Positions 7,540 through 15,826 of a stretch of DNA of 64,000 nt are shown here, piece after piece. The position numbers and the translations under genes are program-made. This DNA is from Anaerolineae bacterium (GTDB lineage: Bacteria; Chloroflexota; Anaerolineae; Epilineales; Epilineaceae). The stretch's first letter is position 1. Each line of letters opens with the position of its first letter. The stretch lies in contig JBGAUA010000002.1 in assembly GCA_044228875.1 (NCBI GenBank), positions 5,397 to 69,396 on the forward strand, in the 5' to 3' direction. A model generated the notes under the pieces. The model searched no databases. It was not told the origin of the DNA and saw only the letters and a list, made by a program, of their open reading frames with translations.

Positions 7540-8946
7540 ATGATACAATCGCCCACTGTGGACCTCAGCGCATTTGCTCGCATGCTCCTGGCGCGCGGCT
7601 GGATCCCGCTCGTGCTCGGCATGCTCGGCGCGGCCGGGGCTCTGGCCTTCGCCCAGACCCGGGCACCGCTTTACGAAGGCCTGACGCGTGTCCGCCTTGA
7701 GCTGTCGCGACCGAGCGACTTCGCGCAGACCCAGGCCACCAAGGAGCTCCTGGCCAGCAACGTGGAGGATCTGCGGACCCACGACATGGCCGCAGCCACC
7801 GAGGCGCGCTTGGGTCGAGCCTGGTTGACGGAACACGGTCTGGACGAGGGCGCGCTGCACGCGTTGCTGGACCGCGGTCGGATCGGCGCCAGCGCCGATA
7901 TCAACGTCTTCGAGCTGCAGATCAAGGTCCGCCATGGCGACCCGTCCCTGGCCGAGGCCATCAGTCTGCAATGGGCCGAGACCTACGTGGACCGTCGCCG
8001 CAAGGCCAACCTCCAGCTGCAGTTGGAGGAGCGCGTTCAGCCCGTCATCCGCGATGACAGCAGCCACCAACAGGTCGCGCCGCGGCGCAAGCTGCTGGCC
8101 GCTCTGGGGGTGGCCGTCGGCCTCGCCCTGGGGACGCTGGTCATGCTGCTTCTCGAGTACGTGGAGCAGGCGGTTCTGCGTGGGCGCCGCGAGACCGAGG
8201 CCGAACTGAGGCTGTCGGTGCTGGGCGAGATCCCGCCCCGGCCTGGCCGGCCGCGCGGGCCGGGCGCCGTCCGCCGTGCGCTGGCGGACATGCGGCCGGC
8301 TGTCACGAGCCTGACCCGCGTGGCGTTGTGGCCGCTGGCGCTGGCGCTGCTGGGTGCGATGGCCGCCTATGGCTTCAGCCGCGTGCAGACCCCGCTGTAT
8401 CGGGCGCGGGCGCGGGTGGCCCTCGAACCAGCTATCGGGAGTAACTGGGGCAATGCCATGGCCGTTCGGGAGACCATGCGCGGCTTCAAGGAGGACATCC
8501 GCACCTATCGCATGGCGCGCGAGGTCAACGAGCGACTGCGGCTGGACCTGCGCGAAGTGGATCTGCTGGCGTCGCGTCGTCTCAACGTGGCGGAGGACAC
8601 GGGGCTCTTCGAGTTGCGGATTGATGTCTTCCATCCTGACCAGGAGACGGCGCGCGCCATCGCGCGGACTTGGGCGAACGTCTTCATCGAGCAGCATCGA
8701 GTGGCCGACCTGGTGCGAGACCAGCGCGACCGCACGGTGGTGCGGCTTCGTGACAGCGCGATCCCGATCATGCTTTGGTCCCCGCAGCCCCTGGTGAACG
8801 CTCTGGCCGGTGCCTCCCTCGGCCTGGTCACGGGATTGGCCGCCCTCTGGATCAGGCGCCTGCTCAAGGACGGTCTGGTGCTCGGCCTCGCGGACGCGGC
8901 GAAGGCTGCGGGCGCGCCGGTCCTGGGTAGCATCCCGCCAGCATAA
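7540..8946 (+). CDS. tandem double Wzz/PCP-like chain-length determinant protein
   Basis: 468 aa with four predicted TM segments forming two TM-loop-TM modules. Each module is followed by an xLGxIP tail (RLSVLGEIPPRP; GAPVLGSIPPA). An alternative in-frame GTG at 7558 lies 8 nt after a TACAAT hexamer (7544-7549). Confidence 0.7.
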   Translation: MIQSPTVDLSAFARMLLARGWIPLVLGMLGAAGALAFAQTRAPLYEGLTRVRLELSRPSDFAQTQATKELLASNVEDLRTHDMAAATEARLGRAWLTEHGLDEGALHALLDRGRIGASADINVFELQIKVRHGDPSLAEAISLQWAETYVDRRRKANLQLQLEERVQPVIRDDSSHQQVAPRRKLLAALGVAVGLALGTLVMLLLEYVEQAVLRGRRETEAELRLSVLGEIPPRPGRPRGPGAVRRALADMRPAVTSLTRVALWPLALALLGAMAAYGFSRVQTPLYRARARVALEPAIGSNWGNAMAVRETMRGFKEDIRTYRMAREVNERLRLDLREVDLLASRRLNVAEDTGLFELRIDVFHPDQETARAIARTWANVFIEQHRVADLVRDQRDRTVVRLRDSAIPIMLWSPQPLVNALAGASLGLVTGLAALWIRRLLKDGLVLGLADAAKAAGAPVLGSIPPA

Positions 8947-8957
8947 GGAACCATCGC

Positions 8958-9611
8958 ATGCCCGACATCATCACCTTGACCGATCCACGATCACCCGTAT
9001 CTGAGGCCTACCGCAGCCTCAGGGCCAATCTGGCCTTCGCGCGGCCGGACGAACCCCTCCACACCTTGCTGGTGACCTCGCCGGCGCCGGACGCCGACAA
9101 GGCGGAGGTGGCGGCCAATCTGGCCGTGGTCAGCGCTCAGGCCGATCAGCGGGTGATCCTCGTCGATGCCGATCTTCGCTGCCCGGCCCAGCACGAGCGG
9201 TTCGGCCTGGACAACGCGCGCGGGCTGACGAGCGCTCTGGTGGCCGACCTGCCCGACGGGCCGCCGCTGCAGCCCACGGCGGTGCCTGGTCTGTTCGTCC
9301 TGACCAGCGGCCCCTTGCCGCCCAATCCAGCCGAGCTCCTGTCGTCACGGCGCATGCGGGCCCTCCTGGTGGACCTGGCCTCGCGGGCGGACCTGGTCAT
9401 CATCGACGCCCCGCCGCTGGTGGCGGTGAGCGATGCCGCCGTCCTGGCGCAGCAGTTGGATGGCGTGCTGTTGGTCCTGGCAGCCGGGCGCAGCCGCAGG
9501 GACCATGCGGCACAGGCCAAGGAGACCCTGGCCAAGGTGGGGGCCACGCTTCTTGGCGTGGTGCTGACCGAGGTCGAACCCGACAGCGCAGCCTACGGAG
9601 CGTATCGCTGA
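8958..9611 (+). CDS. BY-kinase-like (CapB/Wze-type) ATPase domain protein with degenerate Walker A
   Basis: Walker A-prime VILVDADLRCP and Walker B DLVIIDAPP are conserved, and the C-terminus is AAYGAYR. The P-loop reads TSPAPDADKAE instead of TSxxPGxGKST. Confidence 0.75.
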   Translation: MPDIITLTDPRSPVSEAYRSLRANLAFARPDEPLHTLLVTSPAPDADKAEVAANLAVVSAQADQRVILVDADLRCPAQHERFGLDNARGLTSALVADLPDGPPLQPTAVPGLFVLTSGPLPPNPAELLSSRRMRALLVDLASRADLVIIDAPPLVAVSDAAVLAQQLDGVLLVLAAGRSRRDHAAQAKETLAKVGATLLGVVLTEVEPDSAAYGAYR

Positions 9612-9731
9612 GCTTGGACGAGTACTAGGATCGGGGCGGTATCATTCGCCCCCGGCGCCGCGGACGAGGTATCCGTCGGGAGTTATCGAGACGATCGCTG
9701 CATTCGGCAGTTCAGGAAGGGACAACAGCCC

Positions 9732-10799
9732 ATGAAAGGCCTCATCCTCTCGGGAGGCAAGGGGACGCGGCTATACCCGCTGACCTACACCCGGGCCAAG
9801 CAACTCATCCCCGTGGCCAACAAGCCGGTCCTGGTCCGGGTGATCGAGGCCATCCGCGATGCCGGCATCGAGGACATCGGCATCGTGACCGGGGACACGG
9901 GTCCGGAGATCCGCGAGGCGCTCGGCAATGGCGAGCGTTGGGGCGTGAACATCACCTACATCCCCCAGGACGCGCCCATGGGCCTGGCGCACGCGGTCAA
10001 GATCAGCCGCGCCTTCCTGGGCAACGACCGTTTCGTGATGTTCCTGGGCGACAACGTCATCCAGGGCGGCATCAACGACCTGATCCGTCAGTTCGGGACC
10101 AGCGACTGGAACTCCCAGATCGTGCTGACCGAGGTGGAGGAGCCCCAGCATTACGGTGTGGCCGAACTTAGCCCCGAAGGACAGATCCTGCGCCTGGTGG
10201 AGAAACCCCGCGAGCCGCAGTCCAACCTGGCCCTGGTAGGCATCTACATGTTCGACCACCACATCCACGAGGCCTGCGAGGCCATCAAGCCCAGCTGGCG
10301 GGGCGAGTTGGAGATCACCGACGCCATCCAGTGGCTGGTGGAGAACGGCTACGCCGTCCATCCCTACGTGCATCGCGGCTGGTGGATCGACACCGGAAAG
10401 CCGATCGACATGCTGGATGCCAACGACCACGTGCTGGAGGAACTGGAGCACCGCGTGGAGGGCTTCATCGACCGCCAGAGCCGGGTTGACAAGCGGGTGA
10501 CGGTGGAGTCAGGGGCTGAGGTGATCAACAGCGTCGTCCGCGGGCCGGCCATCATCGGCCGAGGCACCCGCGTGGTCAACAGTTACATCGGCCCCTTCAC
10601 CTCCATCTATCACGACGTGGTGATCGAGGACAGCGAGATCGAGCATTCCATCGTGCTGGAGCATTCGCAGGTTATCGGCATCCCCAACCGCATCGCCGAC
10701 AGCCTGATCGGCCGCAACGTCAAGCTCACCCGCTCACCTATCAAGCCCTCGGCGCACAAGCTGGCCCTGGGCGACTACAGCGAGGTGGGGCTGCTCTGA
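9732..10799 (+). CDS. glucose-1-phosphate nucleotidylyltransferase, long form (RmlA-like with C-terminal left-handed beta-helix)
   Basis: MKGLILSGGKGTRLYPLTYTRAKQLIPVANKPVL. 355 aa with hexapeptide-like repeats in the C-terminal third. Confidence 0.85.
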   Translation: MKGLILSGGKGTRLYPLTYTRAKQLIPVANKPVLVRVIEAIRDAGIEDIGIVTGDTGPEIREALGNGERWGVNITYIPQDAPMGLAHAVKISRAFLGNDRFVMFLGDNVIQGGINDLIRQFGTSDWNSQIVLTEVEEPQHYGVAELSPEGQILRLVEKPREPQSNLALVGIYMFDHHIHEACEAIKPSWRGELEITDAIQWLVENGYAVHPYVHRGWWIDTGKPIDMLDANDHVLEELEHRVEGFIDRQSRVDKRVTVESGAEVINSVVRGPAIIGRGTRVVNSYIGPFTSIYHDVVIEDSEIEHSIVLEHSQVIGIPNRIADSLIGRNVKLTRSPIKPSAHKLALGDYSEVGLL

Positions 10800-10880
10800 G
10801 CGAACGGCCCGGCGCGATTCGCCATCGCTCTGGACCGACGCCCTGGCAGGCCCCGCATCCGACAGGCCAAGGAGGACCCG

Positions 10881-11909
10881 TTGGCACGCACCCTTCTCGT
10901 CACCGGCGGCGCCGGCTTCATCGGCGCCAACTACGTTCACCACGTGCTGGCCGCGCATCCCGAGGACAAGGTGGTGGTCTTCGACAAGCTGACCTACGCC
11001 GGGAACCTGGACAACCTGCGCGGGCTCGACGCCGATCCACGCTACGCCTTCGTCCATGCCGACATCTGCGACCGGGAAGCGGTGGAGCGGGCCATCGACG
11101 CCCATGGGGTGGACACCATCGTCAACTTCGCGGCGGAGACCCATGTCGACCGCTCGATCGACGAGCCGGGCTCCTTCATCCACACGGACGTCGTGGGCAC
11201 CTACACCCTCCTGGAAGCCGCGCGGGACCGGGCGCTGCGCTACCACCAGGTCTCGACGGACGAGGTGTACGGCCACGTCGCCGCCGGTGACTCCCGGGAG
11301 ACCGACCCGCTGATACCACGCTCGCCCTATGCCGCGTCCAAGACCGGCGGCGACCTCCTGGTCAATGCCTACCATGTGACCTACGGCCTCTACACCACGA
11401 TCACCCGCGGATCCAACAACATCGGGCCCTACCAGTATCCGGAGAAGGTCGTGCCGCTCTTCACCACCAATGCCATGGAGGACCAGCCGCTACCGGTCTA
11501 CGGCGACGGCCTGCAGGAGCGCGACTACCAATGGGTAGGCGACCACTGCGAGGCCATCGACCTGGTGTTGTCCAAGGGCCAGGCCGGCGAGGTCTACAAT
11601 GTGGGCACGGGGATCTCCATCCCCAACCTGGAGATGGTCCAACTGCTGCTGGACACCCTGGGCAAGCCGCGATCCTTGATCCGCCACGTGGACGATCGAC
11701 CGGGCCATGACCGTCGCTACAGCATCGACAACGCCAAGGTGCGCGCCCTGGGATGGCAGCCGCGGCACAGCCCGCAGGAAGCCATCCGCAGAACGGTGCG
11801 CTGGTACATGGACAACCGCTGGTGGTGGGAGCCCATCAAGAGCGGCGAGTTCCGTGCCTACTACGACAAGATGTACGGGCGGCGGCTGGCCGCAGCCGAG
11901 GAGAGCTGA
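10881..11909 (+). CDS. rfbB: dTDP-glucose 4,6-dehydratase
   Basis: TTG start 5 nt after AAGGAGG. Motifs VTGGAGFIGANYV, LTYAGN, NFAAETHVDRSI, STDEVYG and SPYAASK. Confidence 0.92.
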   Translation: MARTLLVTGGAGFIGANYVHHVLAAHPEDKVVVFDKLTYAGNLDNLRGLDADPRYAFVHADICDREAVERAIDAHGVDTIVNFAAETHVDRSIDEPGSFIHTDVVGTYTLLEAARDRALRYHQVSTDEVYGHVAAGDSRETDPLIPRSPYAASKTGGDLLVNAYHVTYGLYTTITRGSNNIGPYQYPEKVVPLFTTNAMEDQPLPVYGDGLQERDYQWVGDHCEAIDLVLSKGQAGEVYNVGTGISIPNLEMVQLLLDTLGKPRSLIRHVDDRPGHDRRYSIDNAKVRALGWQPRHSPQEAIRRTVRWYMDNRWWWEPIKSGEFRAYYDKMYGRRLAAAEES

Positions 11910-12188
11910 AGCGCGGCGATCCGCGCCGCCGGCGGTGAGATAGTGCCCGAGTCTCGTCCAAATCTGGTTCCATGTTCCTGGCGCCTCGGACCATGCCGCT
12001 GCCGCAGCGGTCAGCGCGCCGCCTGGACGCTGGACGGGTGGCAGGCCGGATGTGGTACCCCCGCACGGCCTTCACCCCGAGATGAAGGGGGCGCGCCGCG
12101 GTGGTCGGCTTCCCTCGCCGCCGCCGGCGCGGGCGGAGCGGATGACCGCCCGCGCCGGGCCACTGGCACCGTGGTGGACCTTTCAGCC

Positions 12189-12216
12189 TTGCAACACGCG
12201 TCAGGCTTTCTATAAT
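12189..12216 (+). promoter_or_regulatory. sigma-70-type promoter of the Rieske/cyt b/cyt c operon
   Basis: TTGCAA (12189-12194), 16-nt spacer, perfect TATAAT (12211-12216). This leaves a 68-nt leader ending in GGGGGAGG before the ATG at 12285. Confidence 0.6.
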
Positions 12217-12284
12217 GCCCGGCGCGGCGGAAGGTCCGTAAAGGGCCTCGTCATGCCGCGCAGCCGAATTGGGGGAGGAACGAC

Positions 12285-12860
12285 ATGGCGGTCAACACGG
12301 AGGCCGTTGCCATCGGTGGCAGCGACATCACCAGGCGCGAGTTCCTGAACTACGCCTGGTTGGCATCGATCGGGGTCCTGACAGCGGAGTTGGCGGTGGT
12401 CACCTACCTGTTCAGCTTCCCGCGGCTGGCTCCAGGCGAGTTCGGCGGTCCGGTGCCCATCGGCTCATGGGAGGTTCTGCCGGGCCTGAAGGCCGAGCCC
12501 TTGGGGTTCAACCGGTCCAAGTTCTGGTGGATCGTCGACGACGCGGGCGGCAAGACCGTGGCCCGCGCCATCTACAAGATCTGCACGCACCTGGGCTGCG
12601 TATACGGTTGGAAGCCGGATCAGAACAAGTTCATCTGTCCCTGCCACGGCTCGCAGTTCTCGCGGATCGGGGACTACATGGCCGGTCCGGCGCCGCGCAA
12701 CCTGGACCGCTTCCTGATCCGGGCCGTCGACGCTACCGGGAACGAAGTGGCGCGCACAGACGATGCGGGCCTGCTGGACCTGGGCGATCCGGCGCTCAAG
12801 GGCGCGCAACTGATTGTCGAGACCGGCACGCGGATCAAGGGCCAGCCCAAGGGCGCCTGA
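12285..12860 (+). CDS. Rieske 2Fe-2S subunit of a cytochrome bc/b6f-type complex
   Basis: Twin-arginine-like N-terminus (TRREFLNYAWLASIG) and Rieske boxes CTHLGC and CPCHGS. Confidence 0.92.
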   Translation: MAVNTEAVAIGGSDITRREFLNYAWLASIGVLTAELAVVTYLFSFPRLAPGEFGGPVPIGSWEVLPGLKAEPLGFNRSKFWWIVDDAGGKTVARAIYKICTHLGCVYGWKPDQNKFICPCHGSQFSRIGDYMAGPAPRNLDRFLIRAVDATGNEVARTDDAGLLDLGDPALKGAQLIVETGTRIKGQPKGA

Positions 12861-12933
12861 TCGGCGCTTGACCGTCGACCGTCATTCTTTCGACTGTAAC
12901 CGCTTCTGTTGAGTTGCGGCTGAGGAGTACCCC

Positions 12934-14754
12934 ATGCTAGGCAGCGGTTCCCTGCGCGACAAGCGCGAGACCATGAGCAAAGAGATCCAGCGGCTGAAGG
13001 CCTTCGACTGGCGCGGCTACTTCAGCATGGTGCTGGACGGCGTGGTCCGCGGCATCATGGCCGGCCTGAGCGCCAAGGAGTTGCGCGCCATTCTCCGCGG
13101 GGATCCCCCGACGGAGCGGCCCAACCCCCGCTACAAGGCACAGGTCAAGAGCTTCACCCTGCACCTCCGGCCCAAATACTACCAGCGGGCCTCTACCTGG
13201 TTCACCCATACCTGGCGGCTGGGGTGGTTCTCGGTGTTCTTCTTCGTGGTGGAGACCCTTACGGGCATCGTGCTCATGGTCTTCTACGCACCCACCCCCG
13301 AGCGGGCCTACGGTGACATGCTGGCCATCCTCAGCAACGTCCCCTTCGGCCAGTTCATGCGCGACCTGCACCGTCTGGGAGCAGAGGGCATGGTGGCGGT
13401 GGTCGTCCTGCACATGGTGCGGGTCTTCTTCACCGCCTCCTACAAGGGCGAGCGCTCGTTCACCTGGTTCACCGGCATGGTGCTGCTCCTCTTCACCCTC
13501 GTCCTGTCCTTCAGCGGCTACCTGCTTCCTTGGGACCAGCTGGCCTACTGGGCCGTGACCATCGGTACCTCGATGGCAGAGGCGGCCCCGCCGCCGGCCC
13601 TGGGCAATGCGGTCAACCTGCTCCTTCGCGGCGGCGTGGACATCTGGGCCGGCGGGCTTCTGCGCTTCTACCTGCTGCATGTCTTCCTGCTGCCGCTCCT
13701 GGCGATCATCGTCATCAGCATCCATTACTACAAGGTGGCGCGCGAGCATTCCATCTCTCTGCCGGCGACGGTGGAGGAGGGGGATCTGGCGCCGGAGGAT
13801 CGGCGACATGCCGAGGAGCGCATCGACCTGATCCCCGACCTGGTCATCCACGAGCTCATGCTCGCCTCGTTGGCGTCTTTCATCATGGTATTGGCGGTGG
13901 CCACCTTCTACCATGCCCCGATGGAGGCCCACGCCGACCCGCAGGTGACGCCCCTGCACACGGAGGCGCCCTGGTACTTCCTGTGGTTGCAGGGCATGCT
14001 CAAGCTGGGGGACAAGACCCTGATGGGCGTCGTTCTGCCGACCCTCATCTTCGGCGTGCTCTTCGTGGTGCCCTGGTTGGACCGCAACCCGCACCGCATG
14101 GCCCGCAAGCGTCCGGCCGCCATCAGCTTCGGGATCATCTCGGTGATTGTGATGATCATCCTCACCTACATGGGCACGCCCGGATTCGGCATCGAGACCC
14201 CGCCGGCGCAGGACATCCTGTCGCATCTGGTGCCGGCTACCCATCCCGGCCCGGTGAAGGAACTGCCCTGGGACGAGGTGGAGGCGGGGCCTATCGACGA
14301 GGCGAAGGGCATCATGGGCAAGCGGACCTACTTCGTCTCCTATCCCCAGGACTGGGAGAAGAACGCGACCTACCAGGACACCGAGTCCTTCGTCTTCATC
14401 AAGCCCGAGGGTCAGGAGACCAAGGGGATGGAGGCCGACAGCGAGTTCCTGGAGATCCTGCGCCACTTCAAGGCCGAGGTGGAGAACAGCCCCAAGCTGA
14501 TGCCGCCGGTGGACGGCCTGGAACCGCTGGCCAAGGTCACGGTGGAGGAGGCGCAGCCCGGGCTCAAGTGGCTGCACTTCACCATCACCTGGGACGAGAT
14601 CGCGGTCAGCGACAAGGACGGTCAGCCCCTCGTCTTTGAGAGCGGCGATTTCGCGGGCCAGACCAAGCTGAAGCGCGAACTCAAGGCCGAACCGAAGCCG
14701 GATGTCCAGGAGGCCAAGATCGGCCTGCACCGGGACTCCTTCTATAACCGCTAG
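12934..14754 (+). CDS. cytochrome b (fused b6 + subunit IV-like) with long C-terminal soluble extension
   Basis: 606 aa. His-containing helices (DLHRLGAEGMVAVVVLHMVRVFF; RFYLLHVFLLPLLAIIVISIHYY) and PEWY-like EAPWYFLW. The last roughly 170 aa are hydrophilic with no Cys or heme motif. Confidence 0.88.
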   Translation: MLGSGSLRDKRETMSKEIQRLKAFDWRGYFSMVLDGVVRGIMAGLSAKELRAILRGDPPTERPNPRYKAQVKSFTLHLRPKYYQRASTWFTHTWRLGWFSVFFFVVETLTGIVLMVFYAPTPERAYGDMLAILSNVPFGQFMRDLHRLGAEGMVAVVVLHMVRVFFTASYKGERSFTWFTGMVLLLFTLVLSFSGYLLPWDQLAYWAVTIGTSMAEAAPPPALGNAVNLLLRGGVDIWAGGLLRFYLLHVFLLPLLAIIVISIHYYKVAREHSISLPATVEEGDLAPEDRRHAEERIDLIPDLVIHELMLASLASFIMVLAVATFYHAPMEAHADPQVTPLHTEAPWYFLWLQGMLKLGDKTLMGVVLPTLIFGVLFVVPWLDRNPHRMARKRPAAISFGIISVIVMIILTYMGTPGFGIETPPAQDILSHLVPATHPGPVKELPWDEVEAGPIDEAKGIMGKRTYFVSYPQDWEKNATYQDTESFVFIKPEGQETKGMEADSEFLEILRHFKAEVENSPKLMPPVDGLEPLAKVTVEEAQPGLKWLHFTITWDEIAVSDKDGQPLVFESGDFAGQTKLKRELKAEPKPDVQEAKIGLHRDSFYNR

Positions 14755-14793
14755 CGGCGTGCCGTCGCCATAGCGGCGCGAGGAGAACAGAAC

Positions 14794-15750
14794 ATGACCC
14801 GAGTAGAGATCACGATCGGACTGCTTTCCCTCCTGGGAGTGATCGCCATCACCGCGGCGGTCGGCCTCGGTGAGGGCGTCAAGGAGGGCGACGACGGTCG
14901 TCTGGCCAAAGCCGCCCTCGGCTTCCAGAAGCGCAGCGTCGAATCCGGCGCCCAGATGTTCGATCAGTATTGCGCTACCTGCCACGCCTTCAACGCGTCG
15001 GGGGCCAACTGCCCGCCGCTGGATGAGCGTTCCGGCCTGCACGGCGGCGACCTGGGCGAAGGGGTGGCCTGGCGCCTGGAAGAGATGCGCTGGGACCGGA
15101 ATGATGTCTACGGCTACGTGTATTCGACCATCGCCGCCGGTCGCATGGAGTCCAGCCGCCCGGACCTCTACCAGGGCACGGATCCCAAGGCCATGGCCAT
15201 GCCGGCCTGGAGCCAGCAATACGGTGGTCCCCTGCGCCCGGACCAGCTCAAGGACCTGACCAACTACGTGGTCAACTTCCGCTCCTACTTTCCGGAGGCG
15301 ATGGAGGCCGGCGCCTATGAGAAGGGTTGTCGTGAGGTCCTGGACACCATGAAGCCTTCGCGGCCGCAGTACGTGAGCAAGTGCTACGAGAAGCTCTGTG
15401 CGGTCGCTTACGAGGAAAAGGGCAAGACGCCGCCGCCGATGCCGGAAGCGCCGGCCGACAAGACGGACCCGACCTACGTGGCGGCGATGGAGGTCTACTG
15501 GGCCAGCTTCTGGGCGGGCTGCAAGGCCATCGGCGGCCAGACCCCGCCGATCCTGGCGACGGCCACCCCCACGACCTCGGTCGTCGAAGGCACGCCGGGC
15601 ACGCCGGTCGCCGGCGAGGCCACGGCTGACGGCTCAGCGGCGATGACGCCTGCCGCCGCGGCCAGCCCCGTGGCCACGACCGGCACGGTGGCCACCGGCA
15701 CGACCGCGACTTCCAACGCCGCCAGGGCGACCGCCACGAAGAAGCCCTGA
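14794..15750 (+). CDS. membrane-anchored mono-heme c-type cytochrome with Cys-containing and Pro/Thr/Ala-rich tail
   Basis: N-terminal TM, a single CATCH heme-binding motif, a candidate Met ligand (AMAMPAW), and a low-complexity ATTGTVATGTTATS C-terminus. Confidence 0.85.
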   Translation: MTRVEITIGLLSLLGVIAITAAVGLGEGVKEGDDGRLAKAALGFQKRSVESGAQMFDQYCATCHAFNASGANCPPLDERSGLHGGDLGEGVAWRLEEMRWDRNDVYGYVYSTIAAGRMESSRPDLYQGTDPKAMAMPAWSQQYGGPLRPDQLKDLTNYVVNFRSYFPEAMEAGAYEKGCREVLDTMKPSRPQYVSKCYEKLCAVAYEEKGKTPPPMPEAPADKTDPTYVAAMEVYWASFWAGCKAIGGQTPPILATATPTTSVVEGTPGTPVAGEATADGSAAMTPAAAASPVATTGTVATGTTATSNAARATATKKP

Positions 15751-15776
15751 GCTCGAAACAGAACCCGAACTGTCGA

Positions 15777-15812
15777 GCAGGCGCACCTCCCACATTGCGG
15801 GGGTGCGCCTGC
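15777..15812. terminator. hairpin between convergent cyt c and mutY genes
   Basis: GCAGGCGCACCTCCC / GGGGGTGCGCCTGC forms a stem of about 14 bp with one bulge, with ACATTGC between the arms. There is no clear U-tract. Confidence 0.5.
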
Positions 15813-15826
15813 TGCCATGAGGTCCC

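Noticed and set aside
11911-11926. A short hairpin GCGCGG-CGAT-CCGCGC after rfbB, considered as a terminator.
   Set aside because: It has only 6 bp and no U-tract, and is indistinguishable from background GC-rich self-complementarity.
12937-15219. Very long antisense or alternative-frame ORFs. Examples are 12937..15219 (-), 23227..25797 (-), 21497..22882 (-), 5324..6952 (-), 7225..8697 (-), 49034..51118 (+), 30511..31824 (+) and 42568..43878 (+).
   Set aside because: They lie opposite or out of frame to genes with clear family motifs. Their translations are Arg/Gly/Pro/Ala-rich with no recognisable domains. Stop codons are simply rare in GC-rich DNA.
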